From the NCBI GenBank assembly GCA_963766735.1, contig CAVYBU010000008.1, positions 1 through 64,000 on the forward strand: DNA of 64,000 bases, given 5' to 3'. The notes beneath the pieces were generated by a model. It worked only from the letters and a program-made list of their open reading frames with translations, did no database searches and was not told the DNA's origin. A program made the position numbers and the translations under genes. Within the stretch, counting starts at the first letter, position 1. Each line of letters opens with the position of its first letter. This document shows, piece after piece, positions 17,676-27,787 of this stretch. Origin of the DNA: an uncultured Chloroflexia bacterium (GTDB lineage: Bacteria; Chloroflexota; Limnocylindria; Limnocylindrales; CSP1-4).

Positions 17676-18278
17676 CTACCCCGATCCGGGAGCATGACCG
17701 TCGGCACCGGGCGTCCTGTCGCGGGTGATCGCATCGACCAGCACGTTCACCCCGTAGCGATACGCCGCGTCAACGTCGCCGCCGAGCCGGAAGGCACCGG
17801 CGAGCTCCATCCCGATGAAGCCGTTGGCGAAGGCCGTGATCAGTCGAGCGGCCTCCAGTGCCCGCTCCGGACCGACGAGCCGCTCGGCCAGGGTCAGGAC
17901 CGGGGCGGTGGCCCGCGCCGTGTCCTCGACCGATGCCCGCCAGTCGAGCGGCAGGTTCATGGACAGCAGCTCGAAGGCGCGGGGATTGGCCCAGGCGAAG
18001 GCGCGATAGGCCAGGGCCAGCTCGCGGAGCCCGGCTGCCGCATCGGGTTCGTGGCTCAGCGGTGCGAGCCGTTGACCGAGCTCGTCCAGGGTCGCGGTCG
18101 CGATCGCCGCGATCAGCGCGCCGCGACTCGGGAAGCGTTTGTAGAGCGAGGGCGCCCGGACGCCGACCCGTGCCGCCACCGCCTGCATCGTGACCGCGCC
18201 GAGGCCGCCAGCCTCGAGCAACTCTCGGCCGGCGGCGACGATCTCGGCGTTGGAGGTATGAGCGGGCGCGGGGCTCAC
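17676..18278 (-). CDS. TetR-family regulator
   Basis: EIVAAGRELLE..VTMQAVAARVGVRAPSLYKRF; GTGA overlap with the upstream gene. Confidence 0.9.
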   Translation of the reverse strand: MSPAPAHTSNAEIVAAGRELLEAGGLGAVTMQAVAARVGVRAPSLYKRFPSRGALIAAIATATLDELGQRLAPLSHEPDAAAGLRELALAYRAFAWANPRAFELLSMNLPLDWRASVEDTARATAPVLTLAERLVGPERALEAARLITAFANGFIGMELAGAFRLGGDVDAAYRYGVNVLVDAITRDRTPGADGHAPGSG

Positions 18279-18715
18279 CTCGCGCTCTTGCCGATGTGCC
18301 CAAGATGGGTGTCGCCGAACGCGGTGGGCAACTTGAGGCCGTAGCCGAGGGTCCGATCCATGCCGACGTGGGCGAGGAGCACTCCGGCGACGAGCAGGAC
18401 GGTCGGGGAGTCCAGCCACAACCCGATGACGAGCGTGCCGAAGCCGAGCGCCCAGTTGTGGACGAGGTTGTACGTGGCCGCACCGACGCGAGGGCCGGCC
18501 AGGTAGCCGAGCATCGAGAGGTCCGGCAGGAGCAGCAACGGGAGGACGAAGAGCCAGTTCCCGCCGCTGAGCCCGAACAGGACGAGCCCGGCACCGAACG
18601 CGGCGAGGCCCTCCAGGCGGAGCCACGAGCGGACCTCGCCTTCGACCATCCCCCTCCCGGTGGCCTGGCCGGCCCCGACGGTGACCGGGTCGAACGATGT
18701 GTGCAAAGCGGTCAT
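18275..18715 (-). CDS. DUF4260-like membrane protein
   Basis: WLRLEG..LLLPDLSMLGYL..YNLVH..HVGMDRTLGYGLK..THLG. Confidence 0.8.
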   Translation of the reverse strand: MTALHTSFDPVTVGAGQATGRGMVEGEVRSWLRLEGLAAFGAGLVLFGLSGGNWLFVLPLLLLPDLSMLGYLAGPRVGAATYNLVHNWALGFGTLVIGLWLDSPTVLLVAGVLLAHVGMDRTLGYGLKLPTAFGDTHLGHIGKSAR

Positions 18716-18747
18716 GGCGCTTGCTCCCTGCTGCTGGTGCTGTCCGC

Positions 18748-18785
18748 TGATGGCTACACTATATAGCCATCATGGATAATGTCAA
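18748..18785 (-). promoter_or_regulatory. Sigma70-like promoter overlapped by a probable TetR operator
   Basis: IR TGATGGCTA-N7-TAGCCATCA (18748-18772); minus-strand TTGACA-16 nt-TATAGT. Confidence 0.7.
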
Positions 18786-19044
18786 TAGCCTTTCTGCGCT
18801 TGTCACATCACATCCGCCGATGCGCACGATCGCCACCGGGCGGAACCGCCCTTTCGACCGGCAACGTGGATCTGTGGGATGCTCCCCGCGTTCGGGAGGG
18901 CCTCCGCATGGGGAGGGCTACTCCACAGGGTGGCGGCCGCAGGGCGTCCAGCCCGCTGAATCGAGGTTGCGCCTACCCTTGTCCATTCACCACCGAGCGG
19001 ATTGCCAAGACCTGGCGATGCGCCGTCGACCCCGGAGGTGGCAC

Positions 19045-19689
19045 ATGAGCCAGTTGACAATGACGCGCTTGGCCGCGTTCACGGCGGTATTGGCAATCGG
19101 TTTGGCCGCGTGCGGCGGTTCGGCCTCGGATGCACCGGCGACGCAAGGCGCGAGCTCCGCTCCGCCCTCCTCGGATGCACCGGCGACCCAAGGCGCGAGC
19201 TCTGGCCCGCTCTCCTCGGAGGGGCCCGCGATCCCGACGGCGGATGCACCGTCCTCGGCTGCCCCGAACCCGGGTGGCGGCCAGCTGAATACCGCTGTCG
19301 TCACGATCGGCACCGAGCGCTACGAGTTCAGCAACCTCAGATGCGACATCTTCACCGCCGGGTACATCCAGGCGGGCAACTACGGTGGTGACCCCGAGGT
19401 CGTCATCGTGCTCCCGCCTCCCGGCTGGGAAGCCCAGGGCGACGTCTTCAGCCCGCCGAGCGTTCAGGTCTCGCTCGGTTCGGGGCTGGACGAGCAGGTG
19501 TGGTTCGCGGGCGACGACCCGCCGACCGTCACCTCGATCCCCGACGGCTCCACGCAACTCGACTACAGCGTGCCCGACGGCCGGCCGGTGACCGCGACCG
19601 GGACGGGGTCGTTCGTCGACGTCCAGGCGATCAACTTCGGTCGGGAATGGTCCAGCGTCGCCGGCTCGTTCGAGGTCACCTGCCCATAG
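19045..19689 (+). CDS. Lipoprotein, hypothetical
   Basis: LAAC lipobox; duplicated SDAPATQGASS linker; RBS GGAGG. Confidence 0.75.
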   Translation: MSQLTMTRLAAFTAVLAIGLAACGGSASDAPATQGASSAPPSSDAPATQGASSGPLSSEGPAIPTADAPSSAAPNPGGGQLNTAVVTIGTERYEFSNLRCDIFTAGYIQAGNYGGDPEVVIVLPPPGWEAQGDVFSPPSVQVSLGSGLDEQVWFAGDDPPTVTSIPDGSTQLDYSVPDGRPVTATGTGSFVDVQAINFGREWSSVAGSFEVTCP

Positions 19690-20010
19690 CGTGGCCGATG
19701 CTGACCAGACCCGAGCAGGTCGGGAGTATTCGTGTTCTGGGATGCGAGCTGAAGGCAGAATCAACAAGAGGATCAGGATCGCAGTCGAGGACGCAAGAGG
19801 TTCAACGTTCTGGCTGACCCGATCCTCTGCCTCAGCGATGCTGGTAGACGTGATGCGGAAGCGGCCCCGCGGGGCCAGCATCACACGAGCTGCGCCGTCG
19901 CCACCGCCCCTACCCTGGTGCGCGTGTTCGCCAGACGCAAGCGTTGCCGGAGCGCCCATAATCGGGCTGGGTCGAGAGATCCGCGACCGTGAATCGATGA
20001 GCGTCCACCC

Positions 20011-22002
20011 ATGATCGAGACCCTCCAGGCCGGCCGGGATGCCTTCGACCGCCACGATTGGGCGGCGGCTGTGGAGACGCTGAACTCGGTCGACCGCGAG
20101 ATGCGACTCGCGGCCGAGGACCTCGAGCGGCTCGGCTCGGCGCGCTGGTGGGTCGGACAGCTCGACGAGGCTACCGACGCGTTCGAGCGGGCGTTCGCCG
20201 CCTACCAGCAGGCGGGCCGCCCGACCGATGCCGCGCGCACCGCCCTCGAGCTTGCGTATCGGGCGTTCCGGGGTCTCGCCTCGCCCATCGCCGCTGGCTG
20301 GCTCGCGCAGGCCGGCCGGCTGCTCGCCGGCGCACCGGAGTCCGGCTCGCACGCGTGGCTTGGCGTGTTCAACACGATCGGTGCATTTGAGGCCCAGGAC
20401 ATCGACCAGGCCATCGCGTCTGCCGATGAGGCCATGGCTATCGCCCGTCGGCAGGACGAGCCCGGCGCGCTGTACGTGGCCATGAGCTTCAAGGGCTCCG
20501 CTCAGCTGCACAAGGGGGATGTCGAGGCCGGCCTCGCCCTGATCGACGAGGCGGCGGCGTCGGTCTCCTCCGGGCGGCTCGACGTCCGGGTTGCCAGCGA
20601 CATCTACTGCAATACCATCGCGGCCTGCCGCAACATCGGCGACCTCGAACGGTCGGCGCAGTGGTCGGCCGAGGGCGAGCGCTGGATGCAGCGGAACGGC
20701 GTCGCGGCCTACCCGGGCGTGTGCCGCCTCCATCGAGCCGAACTCAAGATGCTCCACGGGAACTGGTCCGAGGCCGAGCAGGAGGCGCGCCTGGCCTGTC
20801 AGGAGCTCGAGCGTTATCGACTGCTCGACGTTGTCGGATACGGCCACTACCAGGTCGGCGAGGTCCGCCTGCGGATGGGCGACCTCGACGGCGCGGCGGC
20901 GGCGTTCGATCGTGCGTACGAGTACGGACACGACGCCCAACCCGGGCTTGCGCTGCTGCAGCTCGCCCGTGGCGACGTACAGGATGCCCGGCGCTCGATC
21001 GACCGGGCCCTTGCCGCGGCGGCCGGGAGCGCGGGTGTCGCCGACCGGGTGACCCGCGGCCGACTGCTGCCGGCGCGGATCGAGATCGCCCTGGCTTCCG
21101 GCGACCTGGAGGCCGCGCGCGAGGCAGTCGACGAGTTGGAGTCCGTTGCCGTTGCGTATGCCCGACCGCTGTTCCGTGCCGGGGCGATGACGGCGCGCGG
21201 CGAGCTCCTGCTGGGCGAGGACAAGGCGTCGGAGGCGTCACCGGTCCTGGGCCAGTCGTGGCGGCTCTGGCAGGCGTCGGACCTCCCGTACGAGAGCGCC
21301 CGGGCACGCCTGCACTACGGCGAGGCGCTCGCCGCCGAGGGCGACGAGGCGATGGCCCGGCGAGACCTGCAGGCCGCCCGCGGGGTCTTCGAGCGACTCG
21401 GCGCGACGCTGGATCTGGAGCGGGTGGATGCCCTGCTGCGTGCGGGCGGCACGGCAGCGGGGGCGGTGCCAGGGGTGTCGGGCGGCTCCAATTCCGGCGC
21501 CCGCGTGGCCAGGACCTTCATGTTCACCGACATCGTCACCTCGACGGACCTCGTCGGGGTGATCGGCGACGAGGCCTGGAGCGATGTCCTGGGCTGGCAC
21601 GACCGCGAGCTCCGATCGGCCTTCGTCACGCACAGCGGTGAGGAGGTCACGCACACCGGCGACGGATTCTTCGTGGCCTTCGAGCGCGCCGGCGACGCGA
21701 TCGCCTGCGCCGTCGACGTCCAGCGGCGGCTCGCGCGCCACCGTCGCGAGCACGGCTTCGCGCCGTGGATTCGCATCGGACTGCACGCCGCCGAGGCGAC
21801 GCGCAAGGGCGCGAACTTCACCGGCGCCGGGGTCCACGTTGCCGCCCGGATCGGCGCGGCCGCCGGCAAGGATGAGATCCTCGTGTCGGGTTCGGTCCTT
21901 GGGGCGGCCGGGTCGACCAGGTTCACCCTGTCCGAACCGCGATCGGTGACGCTCAAGGGCGTGCGCGAGCCCGTCGAGGTGCGGGCGGTCGATTGGCGCT
22001 AG
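20011..22002 (+). CDS. TPR-like helical region fused to class III adenylate/guanylate cyclase
   Basis: C-terminal FMFTDIVTST..GDGF..RIGLH..VHVAARI..LKG. Confidence 0.85.
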   Translation: MIETLQAGRDAFDRHDWAAAVETLNSVDREMRLAAEDLERLGSARWWVGQLDEATDAFERAFAAYQQAGRPTDAARTALELAYRAFRGLASPIAAGWLAQAGRLLAGAPESGSHAWLGVFNTIGAFEAQDIDQAIASADEAMAIARRQDEPGALYVAMSFKGSAQLHKGDVEAGLALIDEAAASVSSGRLDVRVASDIYCNTIAACRNIGDLERSAQWSAEGERWMQRNGVAAYPGVCRLHRAELKMLHGNWSEAEQEARLACQELERYRLLDVVGYGHYQVGEVRLRMGDLDGAAAAFDRAYEYGHDAQPGLALLQLARGDVQDARRSIDRALAAAAGSAGVADRVTRGRLLPARIEIALASGDLEAAREAVDELESVAVAYARPLFRAGAMTARGELLLGEDKASEASPVLGQSWRLWQASDLPYESARARLHYGEALAAEGDEAMARRDLQAARGVFERLGATLDLERVDALLRAGGTAAGAVPGVSGGSNSGARVARTFMFTDIVTSTDLVGVIGDEAWSDVLGWHDRELRSAFVTHSGEEVTHTGDGFFVAFERAGDAIACAVDVQRRLARHRREHGFAPWIRIGLHAAEATRKGANFTGAGVHVAARIGAAAGKDEILVSGSVLGAAGSTRFTLSEPRSVTLKGVREPVEVRAVDWR

Positions 22003-22355
22003 CCGGCTGAGCATGCCGGGCGTGCCCTGGTGTGCCTGGGAGTGCCGGGATGCGCCTGGCGCGCTTGCCCACCTGCGCAATGGTCTTGTGCGCGTGCCAA
22101 GGTTGGCGGGCGAATGTATAGCCCCGACCACTCGACGGGCGTTGCCCGTCCGGTTTGGCCTGGGGGTTTCAGCAAGCGGAGAGGGCTCAGGTTCAGCCCG
22201 ATCGCCAAAGCTCTCCGCCGCGCTGAGCGCCGCCCATACGTGATGGACGCCATGTCGGTGGCCGGGCACCGGTTGTCCACGCGCCTCAGTCACGCGCCGC
22301 GGCGGGCGGCGGTGAGCGCCGCGACGCCTTCCCGACCCGTGCGATCCTAGAGCGC

Positions 22356-22739
22356 GTGACCGATCCCGGTGCCACCGACGCGACGCGCATCGATCGCTGG
22401 CTGTGCGCGGTGCGCCTCGTGAAGACCCGCCCGCTTGCGACGCGGTTGTGCGACGGCGGCCATGTCCTTGTGAATGCATCGCCGGCGAAGCCGTCAACGA
22501 AGGTTCGCGCGGGCGATCGGGTGGAGGCGGTCATCGCCGATCGCAAGCGCATCGTCGAGGTCGTGCGGCCAATCGAGTCGCGGGTCGGAGCACCCGTCGC
22601 CGCGACCTGCTACGTGGACCACAGCCCCCCGGTCGTGCCGGAGGCCGGGCCCCAGATCAGGCCCATGCGTGGGGAGGGCCGGCCCGGCAAGCGACTCCGG
22701 CGCGAGCTCGAGCGCCTGCGTCGGGCCACCGACGCCTGA
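22356..22739 (+). CDS. S4-domain RNA-binding protein (Hsp15/HslR-like)
   Basis: RIDRWLCAVRLVKTR..GGHV..KPS..GRPGKRLRRELER. Confidence 0.85.
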   Translation: MTDPGATDATRIDRWLCAVRLVKTRPLATRLCDGGHVLVNASPAKPSTKVRAGDRVEAVIADRKRIVEVVRPIESRVGAPVAATCYVDHSPPVVPEAGPQIRPMRGEGRPGKRLRRELERLRRATDA

Positions 22740-23035
22740 GCCCGACCGGAGCAGCCTGGCGCTCTCAAACGCGAGCAGGTGCACCGCGACGATCTCGGAG
22801 CCGTCCACGTCGGCCGGGTCGAGGATCTCGCGCAGGGTCTCCTCGACCGGGCGCGGGGTGTGGCGAGGCTGGGCCCGATGCCAGCTCTCACCCGATCCCG
22901 CCCCCGTACGAGCCCTCACTCAACGGTCAACCGGCCAACGTCTCCGGGCAGCGTCTGCGGGTCGTCCGCCTCTCGACGGCTGGCCGCGCTGCGCCCATCC
23001 TGACCGCGACCACGAAGTGCCGGAGGTGGCAGGAC

Positions 23036-23560
23036 ATGCAGGACGCCGATCTGTTCCTATCGCTTGCCGGGATTGCCGGCGTGTTCGTCGGTTTCGGGGC
23101 GCTCATCGCCGCCCGGAGCGGTGGCCCGAGCGATCCGCTCGAGGTCGCGCCGATGCGCATGGTGGTGTCGATCGGGATGCTGACGATCGTGGCGGCCCTC
23201 GCTCCGGTGGCCCTCGACCGTTACGACCTCACCGACCACCAGGTCTGGGCGCTGAGCAGCGCGCTGGCCCTGGCCGGCTGGCTCCTCATCGGCGCCGTGA
23301 GCGCCCGGACGCCCGAGTACCGTACGGGCTGGGCGATGAGCATCGCGGCAACCAGGCTCACGCTTGGCGACGTCGTCGGATGGGCGTTCTATGCGCTCTA
23401 CATGATCGTGCTGGTGGTTGCGCCGGTCATCATCGTGCTGGGAGTGGCACCGGAGCTTGAGGCTGCGCTCTACTTCACGTATCTCGTGCTGATCCTGGTG
23501 ACGGCCGGGTGGACCCTTCTCATGCTCGTCTTCGCGCAGCGACTCCCCGCGAGCGCCTGA
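23036..23560 (+). CDS. Hypothetical membrane protein
   Basis: About five TM segments; RBS GGAGG. Confidence 0.7.
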   Translation: MQDADLFLSLAGIAGVFVGFGALIAARSGGPSDPLEVAPMRMVVSIGMLTIVAALAPVALDRYDLTDHQVWALSSALALAGWLLIGAVSARTPEYRTGWAMSIAATRLTLGDVVGWAFYALYMIVLVVAPVIIVLGVAPELEAALYFTYLVLILVTAGWTLLMLVFAQRLPASA

Positions 23561-23658
23561 CGATCATCGCGGCCCCGCCACTCCCGCCACTTCATGACGG
23601 CACGAACTTGACAGCATGAGCCCCAAGCCTTCGCGACAGCCCTCAAAGGAGGCATTGC

Positions 23659-24285
23659 ATGAGTGAACTCGCACCCCTCACCGCGGCGGTGGAGCGCGGC
23701 GACCGCAAGGAGGCGATCGCGCTGACCCAGGCGGCGATCGATGCGCACGCCGACCCGGCGGCGATCCTGGGCGCCATGACGGGCGCGATGGACACGGTTG
23801 GCGCCGCCTTCCAGCGCGGCGAGCTCTACGTGCCCGAGATGCTGATCGCCGCCCGGGCGATGAAGGGCGGCATGGAGCTGCTCGAGCCGCTCCTCGTCCA
23901 GGCCGGCGTCAAGCCCGACCACACCGCCGTCGTCGGCACCGTCGAGGGCGACCTCCACGACATCGGCAAGAACCTGGTCGGGATGATGTGGAAGGGCGCC
24001 AACTTCGCGGTCGTCGACCTTGGCGTCAACGTCACGGCGGACGCGTTCGTGGCCGCGGTCAGGGAGCACAACGCCGAGCTCGTCGGGCTCTCCGCGCTGC
24101 TCACCACCACGATGCCCAACATGCGCGCGATCGTGGAGGCCGTCCGTGCCGCGGCGCCCGGGGTGAAGGTCGTCGTCGGCGGCGCGCCGCTGACCCCGGA
24201 GTACGCGGCCCAGATCGGCGCCGACGGCTATGCCCCCGACGCGGGTGCGGCGGTGGACCTCGCCAAGGCGGTGCTGGCCGGGTAG
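23659..24285 (+). CDS. Corrinoid (B12-binding) methyltransferase cognate protein
   Basis: GTVEGDLHDIGKNLV (DxHxxG); SALLTTT; GGAP. Confidence 0.92.
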   Translation: MSELAPLTAAVERGDRKEAIALTQAAIDAHADPAAILGAMTGAMDTVGAAFQRGELYVPEMLIAARAMKGGMELLEPLLVQAGVKPDHTAVVGTVEGDLHDIGKNLVGMMWKGANFAVVDLGVNVTADAFVAAVREHNAELVGLSALLTTTMPNMRAIVEAVRAAAPGVKVVVGGAPLTPEYAAQIGADGYAPDAGAAVDLAKAVLAG

Positions 24286-24357
24286 CGGCGGGGCATGAGG
24301 TCGACCCGGCGCCTGGTCGCGGGCGGAGGCCGATACGGATGGTCGCGGCTGCGCGTC

Positions 24358-24942
24358 CTAGGGCGAGCCGGGATCGCCTCTCCGCAGGGCTTCGTACCGG
24401 AGGCAGACCACGCCGGAATCGAAGGTCCGGGTCTCGAGCAGCGTCAGCGCGATGCGATCGTCGAGTGGCGGGAAGAACCGCGTGCCCGCGCCCAGGACCA
24501 CCGGGTGGACGAAGAGTCGAACCTCGTCGATGAGACCCGCCTGCATCAACGTCCCGGCGAGGGCCGAACCGCCGACGCCCATGTCATACCCGGGCTGTTC
24601 CTTGAGCCTCGCGACCTCCAGCGCCGCGTCATCGTGGACGAGGCGGCTGTTCCAGCCGACCTCCCCGAGCGTCCCGGAGAACACGACCTTCGGCTTGTCA
24701 CGCCAGATGCGCGCAAACTCACGCATGGCGGGCGTCGCCGACGGATCCGCCTCGGCCGTTGGCCAGTAGCCGGCCATGAGCTGGTACATCCGCCGCCCGT
24801 ACAGGAACGCGGACATGGCGCGCGCCTCGTCGTTGAAGACCGAGTGCAGCTCCTCGTCAATCAGCACCCAGTCGAGCGAGCGGGTCGGCGTCTCGACGAA
24901 GCCGTCCAGAGACACCGACAACGAGTAGATGAGCCTGCCCAT
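24358..24942 (-). CDS. Dihydrofolate reductase / RibD C-terminal family protein
   Basis: SVSLDGF..YGRRMY..GGSALA..LIDE..HPVVLGAG. Confidence 0.88.
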   Translation of the reverse strand: MGRLIYSLSVSLDGFVETPTRSLDWVLIDEELHSVFNDEARAMSAFLYGRRMYQLMAGYWPTAEADPSATPAMREFARIWRDKPKVVFSGTLGEVGWNSRLVHDDAALEVARLKEQPGYDMGVGGSALAGTLMQAGLIDEVRLFVHPVVLGAGTRFFPPLDDRIALTLLETRTFDSGVVCLRYEALRRGDPGSP

Positions 24943-25103
24943 GCGCGAAGCCTACCCGTGCTGGCCGTCGTGGCCCCGGTGAGATCGGTTCCGCGGGATC
25001 GTCATCGGGCTGGCTCCCGGTCATCGTCACTGGCCGCCGCTCTTGTTGCCGCTCGCCGGAGCCCGACGCCCGCGACCGCTGCCCGGGACCGTATGCTGCG
25101 GCC

Positions 25104-25856
25104 ATGGGCGTGATCGCGGTCCCGTACTTCGTCGGCGCGGCGATGCCTCGGCTGGCGATGCCCCAGGCGGACCTGGAGCTCTCGCCGCCGCTTCCCGACG
25201 GTTCCCCGCAGGAGCGGATGGCCATCCTCTACCGGCACCTTGCCGACTGGGTCGCCGCCGATACGAGCCCGGTGGTCTACGCCGGGGACTGCCTTGCCTC
25301 GATCGGCGTGCTCGCCGGCCTGCAACGAACCGGCATCGACCCCACCCTGATCTGGTTCGATGCCCACGGCGACTTCCACACCTGGCAGACGACCCGGTCA
25401 GGCTTCCTGGGCGGGATGCCGTTGGCCATGATCGTGGGCAGGGGTGAGCAGACCATCGTCGAAGGGGTCGGGCTGGTTCCGCTCGACGAGAGACGCGTGG
25501 TCCTGGTGGATGCGCGCGACCTCGACCCGGGCGAGGACGAGGCGGTGGCGTCTTCCGCCTTGACCGTGCTCTCGACGGCGGACGTGATCCGGCAGGAACC
25601 GCCTCCTGGTGCGCTCCACGTCCATGTCGATCTCGATGTCGTTGACCCGCGGGAGATGCCCGCCCACAACTACCCGGCTCCCGGCGGCCCATCTGTGCGT
25701 GACATGCAGGCCGCTCTGGCACGCCTGGCCGCCACGGGCCGGGTCGCCGCCGTCTCCTTCTCGACCTGGAACCCGGCCCTGCCCGGAGCGGATCGAGCGG
25801 CTGCGGCCACTGAACTGCTGGCGGCCGCAATCCTGGGTAGGGGACCCGACGGCTGA
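25104..25856 (+). CDS. Arginase-family protein
   Basis: GDC, WFDAHGDF, HVDLDVVD; leaderless TATGCT-N6-ATG. Confidence 0.88.
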   Translation: MGVIAVPYFVGAAMPRLAMPQADLELSPPLPDGSPQERMAILYRHLADWVAADTSPVVYAGDCLASIGVLAGLQRTGIDPTLIWFDAHGDFHTWQTTRSGFLGGMPLAMIVGRGEQTIVEGVGLVPLDERRVVLVDARDLDPGEDEAVASSALTVLSTADVIRQEPPPGALHVHVDLDVVDPREMPAHNYPAPGGPSVRDMQAALARLAATGRVAAVSFSTWNPALPGADRAAAATELLAAAILGRGPDG

Positions 25857-26014
25857 GAGAGAACCCTGCAAGCCCCAAGCGACGGTCGCGCTGCAGGGCG
25901 AGCTCGTCTGATCTCGACCTGACCGACCTGCCCCAGCCCCGTGAACCGCGGCGCCTGTCGAATCCGACTAGAGTCCATCCGCGGGCGCCGGGAACACCAC
26001 GGAGGAAGGGCATC

Positions 26015-26338
26015 ATGATGTATGGGTGGGACATGGACGGCGATGGCTGGCTTGGGTCGCTGCTCGTCCTCATCCTCGTCGCCGTGGTCGTCTTCTTCGT
26101 CTCGAGGGAGGTGACGCTCCGTCGTCTGAGGCATCGACCCACGGCACCGCCGCCTCGCGCGCCCGTGGTGCCCGTGATCCCCCCGCCCGCTCGTCCCGAG
26201 CCACTCGACATCCTGCGCGAGAGGTTCGCCCGTGGTGACATCACGGAGGACGAGTTCCTGGCCGCGAAACGCGCCCTCGGCTACCCGGACGGACCGACGC
26301 CACCGCCAGATCGACCGGGCGTGACGCCGAGCGGGTAG
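26015..26338 (+). CDS. SHOCT-domain membrane protein
   Basis: One TM plus LDILRERFARGDITEDEF. Confidence 0.8.
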   Translation: MMYGWDMDGDGWLGSLLVLILVAVVVFFVSREVTLRRLRHRPTAPPPRAPVVPVIPPPARPEPLDILRERFARGDITEDEFLAAKRALGYPDGPTPPPDRPGVTPSG

Positions 26339-26394
26339 CCTCGCGCCGACCAGAACTCACCCCATCGCCCCGGACAGCGCCTGGAGCCGAGGTC

Positions 26395-27639
26395 GTGCCC
26401 AGCACCACACTGCATCGCAGGCGGCCGCTCCTGCTGCTCGAGACGGCCAACGTCGCATCGGGTGTCGGGAACGCGATCGTCATGATCGCGATCCCGTGGC
26501 TCGTCCTGGAAGAGACCGGGTCGGCAGCCGCGGCCGGCGTGGTCGCGGCGGCCAGCGGGCTCCCCGCGATCCTCGCTGCACCGGTCGCCGGTCTGCTCGT
26601 GGACCGGTTCGGCCGGCGGGTCGTCAGCGTCGCGTCTGACGTTCTCTCGGCGGTCTCGGTCGCACTGATCCCGATCGTCGCATCTGCAGGTGAGCTCACG
26701 CTCCCGGTGATCGCCGGCCTCGCGGTGCTCGGCGCGACGTTCGACCCGGCCGGCTACACCGCGCGCCGCTCGCTCCTCCCCGACGTCGCGGAGGCCGTCG
26801 GCATGGGAGTCGAACGTCTGAACGGGATCCACGAGGGGATCTTCGCGATGGGGTGGACGATCGGACCTCTCATCGGTGCGGCGTTGATCGCCCTGGCCGG
26901 CGCGTCCGCTGCCTTCTGGCTGCCGTTCGTGCTGTTCCTTGTCGCGGCCTTCTGCCTCGGGGTGATGCGGGTCGGCGATGCGGGTCAGCGAGCACGTGCC
27001 GAGGCCACCGAGCGGGGCGAACGGCTGAGTGCCCGGGACGGAGCCGTCCGCGGGTTCACGGCCCTCTGGCGGGACCGCCCGATCCGGCTGATCACCTTCG
27101 CCGTGGTGATCCTGGCCGCCGTCTACATTCCGACCGAGGCCGTCATCCTTCCCGTGTACTTCGAAGGCCTTGGCGACCCCGGGGGTCTGGGGATTGTCAT
27201 CGCGGCCCTGGCGGCCGGCTCCGTGATTGGCGCCTTCTCGTATGGCTGGCTGAGCCTGCGACTCCCGCGATCCACCATCGCCCGGCTGATCCTGAGCGGG
27301 ACGGTGCTCTCGGTCCTGCCGATGGCGCTCCTGCTGCCGCTCCCGATCCTCGCCGCCGCCGCGTTCGCGCTCGGGCTTTCCTGGGGTCCCGCGGACCCGC
27401 TCATGACGACGCTCGTCCAGCGTCGGATCCGGCCCGACGAGCAGGGCCGCGTCATCGGCGTCCAGCTGTCGCTGTTCTCTGCCGCCCCGCCCGTCGCACT
27501 GCTCGTGGTCGGCCTGCTCGTCGAGGCCATCGGCGTTGGCCCGGCCTACCTGGTGATGGCGGGCCTGCTCGCGGTGGTCTCGGTCGCGATGATCCTCACC
27601 CCGGCGATCGGTGAGCTCGACCACGATCTGCCGCGCTGA
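26395..27639 (+). CDS. MFS transporter
   Basis: About 12 TM; GLLVDRFGRR motif A. Confidence 0.9.
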   Translation: MPSTTLHRRRPLLLLETANVASGVGNAIVMIAIPWLVLEETGSAAAAGVVAAASGLPAILAAPVAGLLVDRFGRRVVSVASDVLSAVSVALIPIVASAGELTLPVIAGLAVLGATFDPAGYTARRSLLPDVAEAVGMGVERLNGIHEGIFAMGWTIGPLIGAALIALAGASAAFWLPFVLFLVAAFCLGVMRVGDAGQRARAEATERGERLSARDGAVRGFTALWRDRPIRLITFAVVILAAVYIPTEAVILPVYFEGLGDPGGLGIVIAALAAGSVIGAFSYGWLSLRLPRSTIARLILSGTVLSVLPMALLLPLPILAAAAFALGLSWGPADPLMTTLVQRRIRPDEQGRVIGVQLSLFSAAPPVALLVVGLLVEAIGVGPAYLVMAGLLAVVSVAMILTPAIGELDHDLPR

Positions 27640-27787
27640 CCCCGCCCCGCGCCCGCTGGTGATCGAGGCGTGGGGCTGATCTCGTCCGCGCTGACCGCCG
27701 CCTGACCGGGCGGGCCGGCGGCGCGAGCCGGGCAGAACCAGGTCGCAGGCGGCGGTCCCTCCGACATCGGGGCATACTGCTCGGACC

